Shown here: positions 9,550 through 19,928 of the stretch, in pieces
Layout of the letters: each line of letters starts with the position of its first letter
Position numbering within the stretch: position 1 is the first letter of the stretch
Source of the DNA: Alphaproteobacteria bacterium
GTDB lineage: Bacteria > Pseudomonadota > Alphaproteobacteria > SP197
NCBI GenBank assembly: GCA_964291415.2
Contig: OZ219920.1
Coordinates: 128,001 to 192,000 of the forward strand
DNA: 64,000 nt
Direction: 5' to 3'
Translations under genes and position numbers: made by a program
Notes under the pieces: model-generated
The model's input: the letters and a program-made list of their open reading frames with translations, nothing else
Told to the model about the DNA's origin: nothing
The model's database searches: none

Positions 9550-12500
9550 TCAGAACGGCACGGTGAGGCGCACCCCGACGGCGCCCCCGGCATCGCCGGA
9601 GCCCGATCCGTTCATCGAGGTCTCCGCCGCCAGCGAGAGGCCGTCGTGGCGCCAGACGCCCGACAGCGCCAGACGCAGCTCCGTTGCGCGCGCCTGCGAG
9701 ATCAGCCTGGTCCCGGAAACGTCCGTGAAGGTCGCCGAGCCGTCGAGCGCATGAACAAGGTCGACGGAGCCCTCGAGAGACAACCTCCCTGTCTCCGCCC
9801 GGGCCGTCATCCCGACGCCGCCCGTGACCCGCTCCAGGTCGGGAACCGAGACCCGGGATCCCACGGCATCGGCAAAGTCGTCCACAACGAGCGCCGAACG
9901 CTTGACCCACAGGCGCGGCACAACCTCCAGGCCGCCGTCCAGCGCCACCTCGCGGCCGGCCTCGAGGCGCACCAGCGAACCATGTGCCGCGACGCCACCC
10001 ACCAGCGCACCCACGGCCGGATCGTCCGAGCCGGCGGCAATGTCGTAGCGCGTCATCGCCAGGCCCGCCTTGGCGTAGAAGCCGTCCGGGTTCCGCCATG
10101 CGCCATCGACGGCAAGCCCGATCGCCCCGATGCCGATCCTTCCGCCGCCGGTCCCGGCGTTCACGCCGACCGTGCTCCAGGCGCGGTGAAAGGCAAACGA
10201 CGCACCCAGCGTCTCGCCCAGTTCCATGGTCCACCCGGACTGCAGGACGCGATAGCCGAAGCCGTGGCTCTGCCCGACGGTCGAGCCCGCGGGGCTGAAG
10301 GCGCTGCTCGCTTCGTGGGACCGCGCGAAGGAGAAGCTGCCTTGCCGGGCAGGAGCCCCCGTCTCCAGCCCCGCGTCGTTCAGGGCGATGAGGGCGGAAG
10401 GCAGGGCCTCGTAGACGGCGGCGCGCGGGGCGTACTCCTCCACAAAGGGGGAGGCCTGCGCCTGCTGTCCGGCGAATGGCAGGGAGACAATGCTGTCGAA
10501 CGCGATCGCCACCGCGCCTTCCACCACCTCCGTGAGCTTCGCCGCATCAACGGCCGGGGGATCCGGCTCCGGAGGTGGCGGTGGCGCGGTGGCGGTGGCG
10601 GTGGCGCCGGTGGCGGTGGCGGCGACGTCCTGATCCTTCTTTCCGTGAAGTCCACGGCAGAGAAGTCCCGGTCGGCGATGACGCCTTCGGCCGGTTCACT
10701 CGCCGTCCACATCGCAGGGTCCGGGTCGGTGTAGTCCGTTACATTGACTCCTTCCGCTCGCATCCGGACGTTCCAGGCGCCGTTGCGGGCTGTCTCCCCG
10801 GTGACGCCCGTCGCCCCGTCGTGCAGCACGACGCCGTTCATCGCGATGGTGGTTTCGCCGCCGTCGTTGATAATCCAGCCGTCCCCGATCGCCTGCGACA
10901 CGCGCCGGCCGTCCAGGTTCAGCTCCACGTGCAGTTTCGGCGGGACGGCCGGGATGGCCGGGACAACATTGCCGGGTTCGGAACTGTCCTCCGGCACCTC
11001 CGGCACGGTGCCCGTGGCCAGGATCGCGATCCCCGATTCTGAATGAATGCTGCCCCGGGGACCGATCACCACCTTGCCGCCGTTTGCGAGGTAGATGCCT
11101 TCACCCTGACTGGAGATGCTGTCGTTCACCGTCACCGTCTGCTGGCGGTAGCCGTCCGCGTCCAAGGCGGCCATCCGCGCCGGAACTCCACTGCTGACAG
11201 CACCTACGCGTACGCCCTGGGCGCCGGCGCCGTTCACCGTGATCGGGCCGCCGAGAGTGATGGTCATCATCCGCGTCGCAGCAGTCCCCCAGTGATAGGC
11301 GACGACGCCATGAGAGTTCTTCCCTTCCGTCGTGATGGAGGAGCCTTGCTGCATGTCGATGACGATGTTGCCGACCTTCTCGTGATAGGCAGCAATGCCG
11401 TAGGCGTAGGTGCCTGGCAGACTGGGGTGAATCGCCGTGCCGGTCGTCGCGATGTCGAAGTTCCGGGTGGTGATCCGGATATCGCCGGCGCCGACGGCAT
11501 TCTCAAGGGTCGACGCATAACTGTGTCTCGCCCAGATGCCGTGGGCAAGGTAACCTTTCGGCGTGGTGGTGCCGTCCCCATTGTCAAAGACGCTGCCTGT
11601 CGTGACGCTTCCGTTCTTGGCGTCGATGGTGATTCCACCATCACCGCCGTCGCCTTGATGAAGTCCAGCAATGCCGGCTGCGGCATCGCCTTCAGTGGTG
11701 ATCGTGCTGCCGTCAACATCGATCGAGGTCTCGCCTCGCCCGGTTTCCCGTGAAACATGGAGGCCGCGAACACCATCACCCTTTGTCGTGACGACAATCC
11801 CTTCCCCTTGCAAAACAAGGGCGACGTCGTTGGCCACGGCGTCCGTATCAGTGTTTTCGTGTGTCAGGCCGACGCCAGTTGCGTGCGATATGATGGTGAC
11901 GCCCGAATTCAGGGTTGCCGTGAGCGTGCCACTGCTCGTCGCCGAGAGCCGGCCTTCAACTCCACTACCTCGTTCACCGCTCGCGTTGATTTGGACATCT
12001 TCCAGCGTGATGGCAATATCGCCGCCCGTCTTGCCCGTCGCGGGGTCCTGATAGGCAAATACGCCATCGGAGTGCAGGCTGGTCGTCGTGATGGTCGAGA
12101 GCGTTGTCGTCGCCTCTGTTGTTTTGCCTTCGATGGTGATGTCGATGTTGCCGTCACCGACATGCACAACATCCACTCCGTTAGAATCTGAGTTGTCTGA
12201 TCCCGACGTCGATATGCTGACACCCCTTGCATCGATATCCACATCGCCAGTGCCGGTGTGTTCAACATGGATACCTCTCGCCGGTCCTGTCACCCCACCG
12301 GTTGTCGTGATCTCGATGTTCTCCAGATCGATACCCAGATAGCCGGTGCCGCTATGCTCGCCGGCAACGCCATGTCCCAAGGCACCCGTCGTCGATATGG
12401 TTCTCCCTGTCGCGGCTCCCTTGATGGTGATGTCGACGTTGCCGGTGCCGGTATGTACACCAGACACCCCATGTGCTGTGACACCGGCTGTCGTGATTCC

Positions 12501-12888
12501 AACACCCGTGACATCGATATCCACATAGCCGGTGCCGGTGTGCTTGCCGAGGATACCGTCCGCCTGGGAGCCCGTCGTCGATATGGTGTTCTTCGTTGAG
12601 GTGCCGATGACATCGATACCGACTTCCACGGGTGTGGCGGCGGTTCCACCGGCATGTTCTCCCCACACTCCCCGACCATCCCTCGTTGCTGGGGTGTATG
12701 GTGTCGATCACCACGCCATCCAAATCTATTTCGATGTCTACGGTCGACGTGGTATCAGCCGTGATGCATACGACGTTTTGCCCATCGATGGGCGTGTTGC
12801 TGCACACCGGTGCAATAGTCTCTTGTGCATGGGCCACGCGCAGAAGGCCAAGCAAAAGGACAAGACAGAAGACTGTGCCGTGACGCAT
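9550..12888 (-). pseudogene. Autotransporter (signal peptide, beta-helical passenger, Pro linker, beta-barrel ending in Phe), interrupted by two frameshifts
   Basis: Three consecutive ORF pieces (12888 to about 12700, about 12700 to 10587, and 10587 to 9550) join into one protein of about 1110 aa. Indels lie near 12690-12710 and at about 10587. Confidence 0.8.
10574..10624 (-). repeat. (CCACCG)n poly-proline tandem repeat in the autotransporter linker
   Basis: Plus strand reads ggtggcggtggcgcggtggcggtggcggtggcgccggtggcggtggcggcg. Confidence 0.85.
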
Positions 12889-13552
12889 CACCAGTGCGGC
12901 GGCGGTCGCGGGGCGGTCGACGAGGCCGTACAGGAGCGGGAACAAGGAGGAGGCAGGTCCCGCCGAAGGGCGCCACCGCAGGCTCACCGCGTGAGCGAGG
13001 CCTCCAGGTGCGCGGGCATGACGCTCCCGCGGGTGGGTCTCGGCGCGGGCCATGGCGTCAACCGCGCGGGGAGGGCGCGCCTCGGCGCTCATTGTGCCAC
13101 AAGGCCCGCTTTCAAGAACCGGGTTCTCGACAAGAGACAAAACCACCGACCTCTCTCCCTCTCAGACAGCTCGGCCGCACTTCCTGGCCGCAGCACCGGG
13201 GTTCGCCTCGGCGCCACAGCTGCACAACTGCTGCTCGCAGGGCCGAAACCGCCCGCTGCGATAGAGCTATAGGCGAACCCGAGACCCGGAAAAATCCTTC
13301 AAAATTGAAGGTATCGAGAGCCAGAAAGCGAGGCGGAGAGGGCAACCTCAGGAGGGCGCGGGCCCCCGCGGCGTCAGCGCCAGGGCAGGGCTTCCGCGCG
13401 CCGCACCAGGACCAATTGCCCCGACACGCCCAAGTGTTTGCAGATCTGCTGGAACAGCCGTCGCACGTAGTTCTCCCGCAAGTCCGTGGCGGCGGTGACC
13501 TCGCACACCGACGGGCCCTCGCCAGGGTGGGGCTGCCCAGGCATGTCCATCT

Positions 13553-13920
13553 CAGGCGGGCGACTGGGAAGGCTGGCTCGCCTTCTTCCTGCCCGGGGTG
13601 GTCGACGTCGGCAATCAGGCGACAGCGACAGCCCGTCAGGTCCTCAACGTGCGCGAGGCGCACCGCGCCGATGTCACTGCCCGCTTCGGGCGCGCCGCCG
13701 GCAACGGCCACCGCGTGCTGGAGATCCTGTACGAACCGCCTGTCTTAAGGGTTTCCGATGTTCGGGAAATCGCCAATCTCAGCGATCCGGCGGCGAACAA
13801 TCTCGCCGCGCGCCTGGTTTCCGTCGGCATTCCGGAAGAGTTCAGCGGCCGCAGACGCAACCGGGCGTTCCTCCATGGCAACAATGTCCGCGTCTTCGCC
13901 GACGGGCCAGAACCCGCGCC
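13553..13920 (+). pseudogene. C-terminal remnant of a Fic family protein
   Basis: GDWEGWLAFFL...EEFSGRRRNRAF...GPEP parallels the end of the intact Fic at 40458-41615. The catalytic HPF motif is absent. Confidence 0.72.
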
Positions 13921-14009
13921 CGATGGCTCGAAGGACAGGGTGCCCCGGGCGCTCAGGCCATATGAGGCTATGAAGGATTTCGACTTGGAGTGGTTGGTGG
14001 CAGGCCGGG

Positions 14010-14242
14010 CCCATCCGAAGATCGCGCGTGCGGAGCGAACTCCGTGCCTGATGCTGCGTCATCATGACCGCCACGCCCCGCATGGTCGGGCGTAGGTTCA
14101 ACCCGTCGATCCATTCCGCGTCCGCCAGGCCGTTCTTCTGCCTTCTTGACGTCACTTGGACCGGTGGCATGAGTTGCACATCGCGGCCGAACTTCCCGAT
14201 CCCCCGACTCCAACTGTTGGCGGTATTGTGGAAGCGCGTCAT
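14010..14242 (-). mobile_element. Decayed IS110 family transposase fragment
   Basis: ANSWSRGIGKFGRDVQLMPP...RQKNGLADAE...RPTMRGVAV...RTRDL resembles the IS110 pattern AHHWAR..GH.V.LIPP..KRQKND..DAEAI..RP.MRFV. Confidence 0.7.
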
Positions 14243-14503
14243 ATCGGCTTTGGGCGCGCCTACACGAAACCGCCAACATCCCGCTTGAACCGCCTGCGGA
14301 CTCTTGATCTGTGGCGAGTCCGGTCGGCTTTCACTGCTTTGCCGAGAATCGGATTGAGGTTGGCGGCCCGCTTTCGGCGGTTCTGATTGTGTGCCCCGCT
14401 GCTGGTGTGCTTCGTGTCGGTGCTTCGGCGAGGAGTCTGGGCGGCCGGACACAGATTGGCCGAAGAAGCCACAGCGTCTGTCCGTCGCGCGGCAAGGGGT
14501 CGC

Positions 14504-15180
14504 TTACGCTGGAGGCCTGGAGACATCGATGACACGGATCGAAATCTTGAGCCGTTCACGGGCAGTCAGCGTATCGCGCAGCTGAGTCGCGAACTCGGCC
14601 GCGCTTTTGGGCGGCGACCCAAAGCCTGGCGTTGGCCGGCAATGTTCATAGTTCCCGAACCAGAAGACAACATAGATGCCGCGACCGTCAGCACCGGCAT
14701 CCACGGTATAGCGGGCGACCAGCTGCCTCTTCATGGAGTTCCAAAGGTCGCGATGGCAACTTCATCTTGACTTCTACGGGAACAGTGAAGGTATCAAGAC
14801 AAACGTCAATGTCCGCGCGTTGGTCATGGTCGTATCGGACCTCGGCCTTTACGGCAGCACCGAATGGCGCCATGCGACGCAGCGATCATACAGCAGGTCA
14901 TCGCGGCAGGCGTGCTCCGGCTCCGGCTCGAGTGGTCGATTGTGCGCGTCCACATTCCAGTACTTCCGCCAGTCGGGAGAATGACCGTCGCGTACGTCCC
15001 TGGATCTGTCTGACGGCAGTTCGGCTGTCAGCGCTGCGGATCCTCCGAGTTCGCGAGACAGCGGTTTTCGATCACGTCGATCACCTGCCCGATTGGGCAG
15101 TAGCGAAAGTCTGCTTCTCTGTAAGCGATGCCGTCGGGAGGGGCGTCCACTCTACCGCATACGAACCATAGGCTGAAAAC
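14504..15180 (-). pseudogene. Frameshifted C-terminal remnant of a large ATP-binding (STAND/NACHT-type) protein with a PD-(D/E)XK-like tail
   Basis: Pieces across frames: SDWRKYWNVD..RP..PE..CRD.LL, QRADIDV..VPVEVK, QLVARYT.D.GADGRGIYVVFWFG and KISIRVIDV. Confidence 0.6.
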
Positions 15181-15521
15181 CGCTGCCCAGGGAGCCGGAT
15201 TGGTGCATTGGAGGACATGGCCGCATTCGGCACACATTCCACGTCGACGACCGGTGCACGGTTGGCCTGGGCGTGTGCGGCCAGATGGCGCGCTTGCCGG
15301 ATCTGGCGTGCCTTCGTACCGGTCATCGGGACCTTCGGGCAGGCAGCGACCTCCAGGCTCGTTCTCCCGGAACGCGGCGGCAGTTCGCCACCGCCGTCAA
15401 GTCTCTGTGGGTGACACTCTTGCGCATTTGCTCCGGCGCACGAAGCGGGCCTCGTCCGTCGGACGGGACCCATGGCGCCTGAACCGGACCGGGAAAATCT
15501 GCGCCACGCGCGTGGATGCCG

Positions 15522-16310
15522 TCAGGCGGCCTCCGTGTCCACCGCATCGACGATATGGGCGAGGACGTCCTGCTTGGTCGCCGTGCCGCGGTCCAGGGTG
15601 GCGACAGCGCGACCGGAGCGCATCACCATGATCCGGTCGGCAATCCTGAAGACGTGATCGAGATTGTGGCTGATGACAATGAGCGCGATTCCCTGTTGCT
15701 TGAGGTTCTGCATCAGCATGAGGGTGTTGCGCGTCTCTTCGGCGCCCAGCGCCGCTGTCGGCTCGTCCATGACGAGGATCTTGAGATCGGTGGCATAGAT
15801 CGCCCGGGCGATCGCCACTGCCTGACGCTGACCACCGGACAAATGATGGGTGGCGACGTGAATGTCCTCCAGTTCGATGCCCACCTGCTCCTTGAGGACG
15901 CGAGCCGCTTCCGTGGCCATGCGGGTGTTGTCGAGAAAGGTGAGACCGAGAAACCGGCGCTTGAGTTCGTGGCCCAGAAACACGTTGCCCGCGGCATCGA
16001 GGCTGTCGACCAGGCCGAGGTCCTGGTAGACGGCCTCGATTCCAATTTGCCGCGATTGCCTCTTGTTCGTGATCGAAACCGGCCGCCCTTCCATTCGGAT
16101 TTCGCCCTCGTCGAGCTCATGGACTCCGGTCAGGACCTTGATGAGGGTCGACTTCCCGGCGCCATTGTCGCCGACAATTGCGAGCGCCTCGCCTGCATTC
16201 AGATGCAGACTGACGTCGGCAACTGCCATGACACCGCCGAAATGCTTCGAAATCGAGTGCATTTCCAGCAGGGGCGAGTCACTCCGAACGGAAGGAGAAG
16301 GCTGGTTCAT
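15522..16310 (-). CDS. Sugar-type ABC transporter ATP-binding protein (single NBD)
   Basis: Walker A GDNGAGKST, signature LSGGQRQ, Walker B ILVMDEPT. Confidence 0.93.
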   Translation of the reverse strand: MNQPSPSVRSDSPLLEMHSISKHFGGVMAVADVSLHLNAGEALAIVGDNGAGKSTLIKVLTGVHELDEGEIRMEGRPVSITNKRQSRQIGIEAVYQDLGLVDSLDAAGNVFLGHELKRRFLGLTFLDNTRMATEAARVLKEQVGIELEDIHVATHHLSGGQRQAVAIARAIYATDLKILVMDEPTAALGAEETRNTLMLMQNLKQQGIALIVISHNLDHVFRIADRIMVMRSGRAVATLDRGTATKQDVLAHIVDAVDTEAA

Positions 16311-16323
16311 CGATCAGAACGCC

Positions 16324-17466
16324 TCAGCGCTCCAGGGTGCCGATACCCGTGTACCGGAACGCTTCGCGCTCCATCGCGTCCACGACGTCGGCTCCCGTCT
16401 CGCCGCTGACGATGGTGATCCGGCCGAGAATGACCAGCGGGATGTCGTCGGTACGACCTTCCACATGGGCACGCACGACCTCCGCGGTTGCGACGCCCAC
16501 ATCGTCGCTCATCCGCATCGGCGTCGCCCAGAGTTCACCGTGGCGCAGCGCCTCGAGCTCGTCGCCCGTGCCGCCCCACGCCGTCACCTTGACGTCACTG
16601 CCGGCCTCCTGCACCGCGGAGATCGAGCCCATCGCCATGGCGGTGTTGGCATTGTGAATGAGTTCGACTTCCGGATAGGCCTGCAGGATCTGCTGCGTGC
16701 CGGTATAGCCGCGCTCACGCTCGAAATTGCCATAGTGCTCGTAAGCGACTTCCCAGTTGCTCTGGCTGGTGACGCACTCCTTGAACCCGCCCGAACGCTG
16801 ATCGTCGATCGCACCGGGAATGCCGCGCACCAGTGCCATCGTGCCCTCGGTGCCAAGATTCTCGAGGACATAGTCACACATGATCAGGGCGCCGGCGAGA
16901 TGCGAGAAGCTCAGGTATGCCAGCGGCTGCGTGCTGCCCCAGTCCTGCGGCACCACCGTAAAGTTCCAGACGATCACCTCGGTGTCCGGCTTGTCGATGA
17001 GCCGCTTGATGTTGTCCTGCTGGACTCGCAGTTCGGTCGGGCCGAAGACGACGTAATCGAAGTCCTCCTGCTCGACCTGATCCGTGTAGGTCGCCTGGAT
17101 CACGTGATCGCCGACATCCGAGGCATACTGCGTGTCAACGGCGGGAAGGCCGATCTCCTCGAGGCGTTTCATCATCGCCTGATAGTTGCGCAGCCAGAAG
17201 TCCGACACATCCTGGCTCGGATAGATGAAGGCGATCTTGACCGGTTCGGTCGGAGGATTCGCCATCGCCTCGCCGGACTCGCCGACGATGGCCTGGAATG
17301 CTGCCAGATTGTCCGCGTCGGTGACTTCGTAGTACTCCCAGTAACCTTCCTCACCGGAACCCTCGAGATCGGCCAGCGCCGGGATCTCGCGTGCCTCGGT
17401 GGCAACGGTGAAGCCGGCGCATAGAGCCAGCCCCGCAACGCTTGCGAGAAGGGTTTTCGATTGCAT
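16324..17466 (-). CDS. LuxP-like periplasmic binding protein (candidate borated AI-2 receptor) of an ABC importer
   Basis: Signal peptide, then GYWEY, YPSQDVSDFWLRN, WNFT, QPLAY.SF.H..G, DQRS, ANTA, AWGG..EL, MRMSDD.G.A.AE and terminal AFRY. These follow Vibrio LuxP in order (LuxP sequence recalled from memory). Confidence 0.8.
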   Translation of the reverse strand: MQSKTLLASVAGLALCAGFTVATEAREIPALADLEGSGEEGYWEYYEVTDADNLAAFQAIVGESGEAMANPPTEPVKIAFIYPSQDVSDFWLRNYQAMMKRLEEIGLPAVDTQYASDVGDHVIQATYTDQVEQEDFDYVVFGPTELRVQQDNIKRLIDKPDTEVIVWNFTVVPQDWGSTQPLAYLSFSHLAGALIMCDYVLENLGTEGTMALVRGIPGAIDDQRSGGFKECVTSQSNWEVAYEHYGNFERERGYTGTQQILQAYPEVELIHNANTAMAMGSISAVQEAGSDVKVTAWGGTGDELEALRHGELWATPMRMSDDVGVATAEVVRAHVEGRTDDIPLVILGRITIVSGETGADVVDAMEREAFRYTGIGTLER

Positions 17467-17517
17467 GATGTTCCTCTCTTTCAATGCACAGTGTCGTGTT
17501 GGTTGAAAATGCAGCGG

Positions 17518-18558
17518 TCACGAGCGCCCGCCGCGTGCGCGTCTGAACAGTCCTGAAAGGCCTCCCCTGCCCGAATCCTGCAGGGCTGCATAGAAGGCGA
17601 CGGACGATATGATGATCAGGCCCGCCGCAACCTGCTGCCAGAAGAAGTCAAGCCGCAACATCACCAGCGCGTTGACCACCATGGAGAGCAGCAGAACACC
17701 GACCAGCGTGCCCGTCATGGACCCGCGGCCGCCGAACAGCGACGTTCCACCGACGACAACGGCAGCGATCGTGTGAAGGGTCAATCCCATGCCGGCCGTG
17801 GCCTGAATCGCGTTGAGACGGCCTGTGAGCAGGATACCCGCCAGACCGGCAAGACCGCCCAGCAGCATGTACTGGTAGATCTTGTGCCGGTGGACATCGA
17901 TTCCCGTGAGGACCGCGGCTTCGGTGTTGCCGCCGATGGCCACGGCGTAGCGGCCCAGAGGAGTGTACCGGTAGAGAACAAAGCCGACAGCGATCGCGAC
18001 CACCCCGATAACGGCAGCGATCGGTATCATCTCGAAGACGCGTCCCCGTCCGATCCAGGTCAGCGGGTCGGGAAATCTCGACAGCACGACGCCAGCGGCA
18101 AGGACAAGCGCGAACCCGCGGAAGACAAGATCGGTTGACAGCGTCGCAATCAGATCGGGCACCCGCAACTTGGTGACGACGAAGCCGTTCACCAGGCCAC
18201 AGGCGATCCCGACCAGGATGGCCACAGCCATGCCGAGGAAGACGTTGAGTCCGGCGTCCTTGATCAGCATGGCCATGATGACCGCAGAGAGCGCCGCAAT
18301 CGAGCCGACAGACAGATCGATTCCACGGCCGGTGATGACCAGCGTCATGCCCATGGCCAGGACCATGAAGATGGATGCGTCCTGCAGGATGATCATCAGG
18401 TTCTGCAGGCGGAAGAAGCGCGGATCGGCAAAGGCCATGACCAGACAAAGCGCCATGATCATGACCAGTGGGCCAAGTATGTTGACGGAACGCTCTGCCC
18501 ACGGAATCTCGCGTCGCCGAGATCCTGTCGCCGGCGAACTCTCCGGAAGGCTGACCAT
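17518..18558 (-). CDS. Sugar-type ABC transporter permease (RbsC family)
   Basis: GIDLSVGS, IATL, AIGGNTEAA and IAAVVVGGTSLFGGRG motifs. Confidence 0.93.
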   Translation of the reverse strand: MVSLPESSPATGSRRREIPWAERSVNILGPLVMIMALCLVMAFADPRFFRLQNLMIILQDASIFMVLAMGMTLVITGRGIDLSVGSIAALSAVIMAMLIKDAGLNVFLGMAVAILVGIACGLVNGFVVTKLRVPDLIATLSTDLVFRGFALVLAAGVVLSRFPDPLTWIGRGRVFEMIPIAAVIGVVAIAVGFVLYRYTPLGRYAVAIGGNTEAAVLTGIDVHRHKIYQYMLLGGLAGLAGILLTGRLNAIQATAGMGLTLHTIAAVVVGGTSLFGGRGSMTGTLVGVLLLSMVVNALVMLRLDFFWQQVAAGLIIISSVAFYAALQDSGRGGLSGLFRRARGGRS

Positions 18559-18757
18559 TCCGTACCTGTCTTGCCGAGAACAACTGGTCCCTGATGCTTT
18601 CACCGGCATTCCTGCAAGTCAAGGACATGCGACGGTGGGGCAGAAGGGACGCTGCCTGCCGGAGAGAACCCTGCGACGTCTCGGGAGTCCCCGTGTTGAA
18701 ACAAGCGCCCCGGAACGCCATGTTACGGGTGTTTTCAGGACATGAATCTCCCCGACC

Positions 18758-19486
18758 ATGGACAGCAGAGCGCAGGAGGAGGTGCCAGACCCGCAAGGGG
18801 GCGTTGCCGCGCGACTGTTCGGGGTGCTTTCGCAGTTCATCGCATCCGAATTCCTGTCGTTCGGAGGCGGTACGGTCCTGGCTGCCCGGTGGCGCCACCG
18901 TCGTTCTCTGGACGTGGACCTGTTCTGCGAACCGCACGCCTACGACGGCCTGGGGCCGGTTGGCCGGGAGCGCCTGGAGGCCGCGATCAAGACGATACCG
19001 GGTTGCGCGGAGGAACCTACCTGGTGCGATTCCATTGCGACCTATGCCGAGATCGATGGTCTCGAGGCCACCCTGTTGCCCAGGACCACGGTGATCGTGT
19101 CTGCCCGACCGACCAGACTGGCCGGGACCCGACTTGCACTGCAGTCCAGTGCCCAGATCCTGTATGCCAAGATTTCGAGAAGGATGTATGCCGGAGGCGA
19201 GATAGCCGCGCGCGACGCCTACGATCTCGCTTGCGCCAGACGGTTCGATCTTTCGGCGCTTCAGCGTGCCCTGGGCAATGTCGATCCCCGGGAGATCCAT
19301 GTAGTCCGGGAGATTATCCGGACGATTCCAGAGGGACGATTGATCGATGACGGAGTCAAGCCGGTCATTGAGCCGTGTTTTGAGTGGACCGGAGAGGCGT
19401 TGAAGGAAGCCGTGCTCGAGGCGCTCGGTGTTCCGCCTACCCCACGAGACATGCCGCCTCCGGAAGACAAGGGTCCAGGGCCATGA
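18758..19486 (+). CDS. Nucleotidyltransferase, AbiEii/AbiGii toxin-like
   Basis: FGGGTVLAARWRHRRSLDVDLF plus K...RDAYDL. Start uncertain. Confidence 0.75.
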   Translation: MDSRAQEEVPDPQGGVAARLFGVLSQFIASEFLSFGGGTVLAARWRHRRSLDVDLFCEPHAYDGLGPVGRERLEAAIKTIPGCAEEPTWCDSIATYAEIDGLEATLLPRTTVIVSARPTRLAGTRLALQSSAQILYAKISRRMYAGGEIAARDAYDLACARRFDLSALQRALGNVDPREIHVVREIIRTIPEGRLIDDGVKPVIEPCFEWTGEALKEAVLEALGVPPTPRDMPPPEDKGPGP

Positions 19487-19928
19487 GGCGTCGCCACGGA
19501 CATCTCGAGCGCGTGACGCTGCACGCACCCAATGCGTTCACCGAGTACACGCGCCTTTACAGCCATTGCTTCGCTGCGCCCCTGGCCGATGCAGAAGCCA
19601 TCGTCCGTCGGATTGCACGCAAGCACTGTGCCGGCATGGCCGGACCACGTCCGACAGGCGCCGGAATCCTTGCGGCGCTTTCCCGCACCATCCGCCGGAC
19701 GCAGACTGCGAGGACAGCAGGGCGATCTTCGCTCATCGCGGTGAACCCGGGATGCTGTTTCAATCTCGATGCGGATCACGCCGACCTCAATGCAGCGGCG
19801 AACATTCTGGCCTTGGGGACTGGGGCATCTGCGCGGGGACTGCGAACCGCGAAATCGATCGGAAGATGGCAGCGTGACGCTGTCAATCCAAAGGTCCAGG
19901 GCCATGAGGCGTCGCCACGGACATCTCG
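19472..19928 (+). repeat. Perfect 36-bp direct repeat (19472-19507 and 19893-19928)
   Basis: Both copies read ggtccagggccatgaggcgtcgccacggacatctcg. Confidence 0.92.
19640..19877 (+). mobile_element. Decayed IS200/IS605 TnpB 3' remnant
   Basis: IAVNP...HADLNAAANILALGTGASARG and, in another frame, REIDRKMAA*. The zinc-finger segment is largely deleted. Confidence 0.7.

Noticed and set aside
19472-19928. 36-bp repeat as a CRISPR array
   Set aside because: Only two copies, 385 bp apart, with no spacer periodicity and no cas genes.
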